Assembly: GCA_028716965.1 (NCBI GenBank)
Contig: JAQUOV010000007.1
Location: forward strand, 58,795-122,794
Length of the DNA: 64,000 bases
Reading direction: 5' to 3'
From: Candidatus Omnitrophota bacterium
GTDB taxonomy: Bacteria; Omnitrophota; Gorgyraeia; Gygaellales; Profunditerraquicolaceae
Below are positions 63,980 to 64,000 of the stretch, one piece after another; the first letter of the stretch is position 1, and the number at the start of each line of letters is the position of its first letter. Below the pieces are notes generated by a model. It saw only the letters and a program-made list of their open reading frames with translations. It was not told the DNA's origin and made no database searches. A program made the position numbers and the translations under genes.

Positions 63980-64000
63980 AGGGCAAAGCTCCTTTCATTG

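Larger units (their letters stand above)
62447..64000. mobile_element. Left end of a putative integrated element (serine-recombinase type) inserted at or next to tRNA-Ser(GGA). It continues beyond the window.
   Basis: The recombinase gene abuts and overlaps the tRNA. A perfect 9-bp-stem palindrome gacggaaggtaccttccgtc at 62588..62608 lies just beyond the tRNA 3' end. The element body is outside the window. Confidence 0.5.

Noticed and set aside
1-64000. CRISPR arrays or cas genes
   Set aside because: The only tandem repeats are the 61-bp tRNA-Met-associated unit, the 63-bp coding repeat and the 439-bp csp cassette. None has CRISPR repeat-spacer architecture.

Overview
This 64 kb window is a gene-dense, mostly plus-strand bacterial chromosomal segment with Gram-negative character (BamA, Skp, LpxD, an LpxC-FabZ fusion, LpxA, LpxI). 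GC is roughly mid-40s %.

Housekeeping genes make up most of it:
- **Metabolism:** mnmA, nadA, uppP, a complete rnfCGDEAB operon, purN, eno, hisG, a split transketolase, ispE, glmU, prs and ftsH.
- **Translation, replication and RNA repair:** a translation/replication block (rplY-pth-rpsF-ssb-rpsR-rplI-dnaB), serS, and RtcB with archease.
- **RNA genes:** nine intact tRNAs. These are Phe-GAA, Thr-CGT, an initiator-like Met-CAT, Gln-TTG, Arg-TCG, Lys-CTT, Ser-TGA, Ser-CGA and Ser-GGA.

Features that are not housekeeping:
- **Nested tRNA-Ser:** an intact tRNA-Ser(TGA) sits inside the two halves of a degenerate tRNA-Ser-like sequence, bordered by nested inverted repeats.
- **Integrated element:** a large serine recombinase gene at the right edge reads antisense through a complete tRNA-Ser(GGA). 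It is probably the left end of an element that continues beyond the window.
- **Three-domain patatin protein:** a 670-aa protein combines a cNMP-binding domain, a degenerate ParA/MinD-like domain and a patatin phospholipase. A lipoprotein, a MazG-like gene and a PC4-like gene follow it.
- **Duplicated csp cassette:** a 439-bp cold-shock gene cassette, identical in both copies and including divergent promoters, flanks a GGDEF-PilZ diguanylate cyclase gene as direct repeats.
- **c-di-GMP signalling:** there are three PilZ proteins. One is a PAS histidine kinase with a C-terminal PilZ domain, and it sits directly upstream of a receiver protein, archease and RtcB.
- **Unusual protein variants:** SpoVG carries a roughly 38-aa zinc-ribbon insertion. 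There is also a secreted protein with tandem EFxxPS repeats and an uncalled 33-aa bS22-like basic ORF.
- **Repeats at tRNAs:** a 61-bp tandem repeat lies upstream of tRNA-Met, and part of tRNA-Lys is duplicated in its own leader.

No CRISPR array and no canonical defence operon were seen. All calls rest on reading the translated ORFs and motifs by eye; none was checked by a database search.
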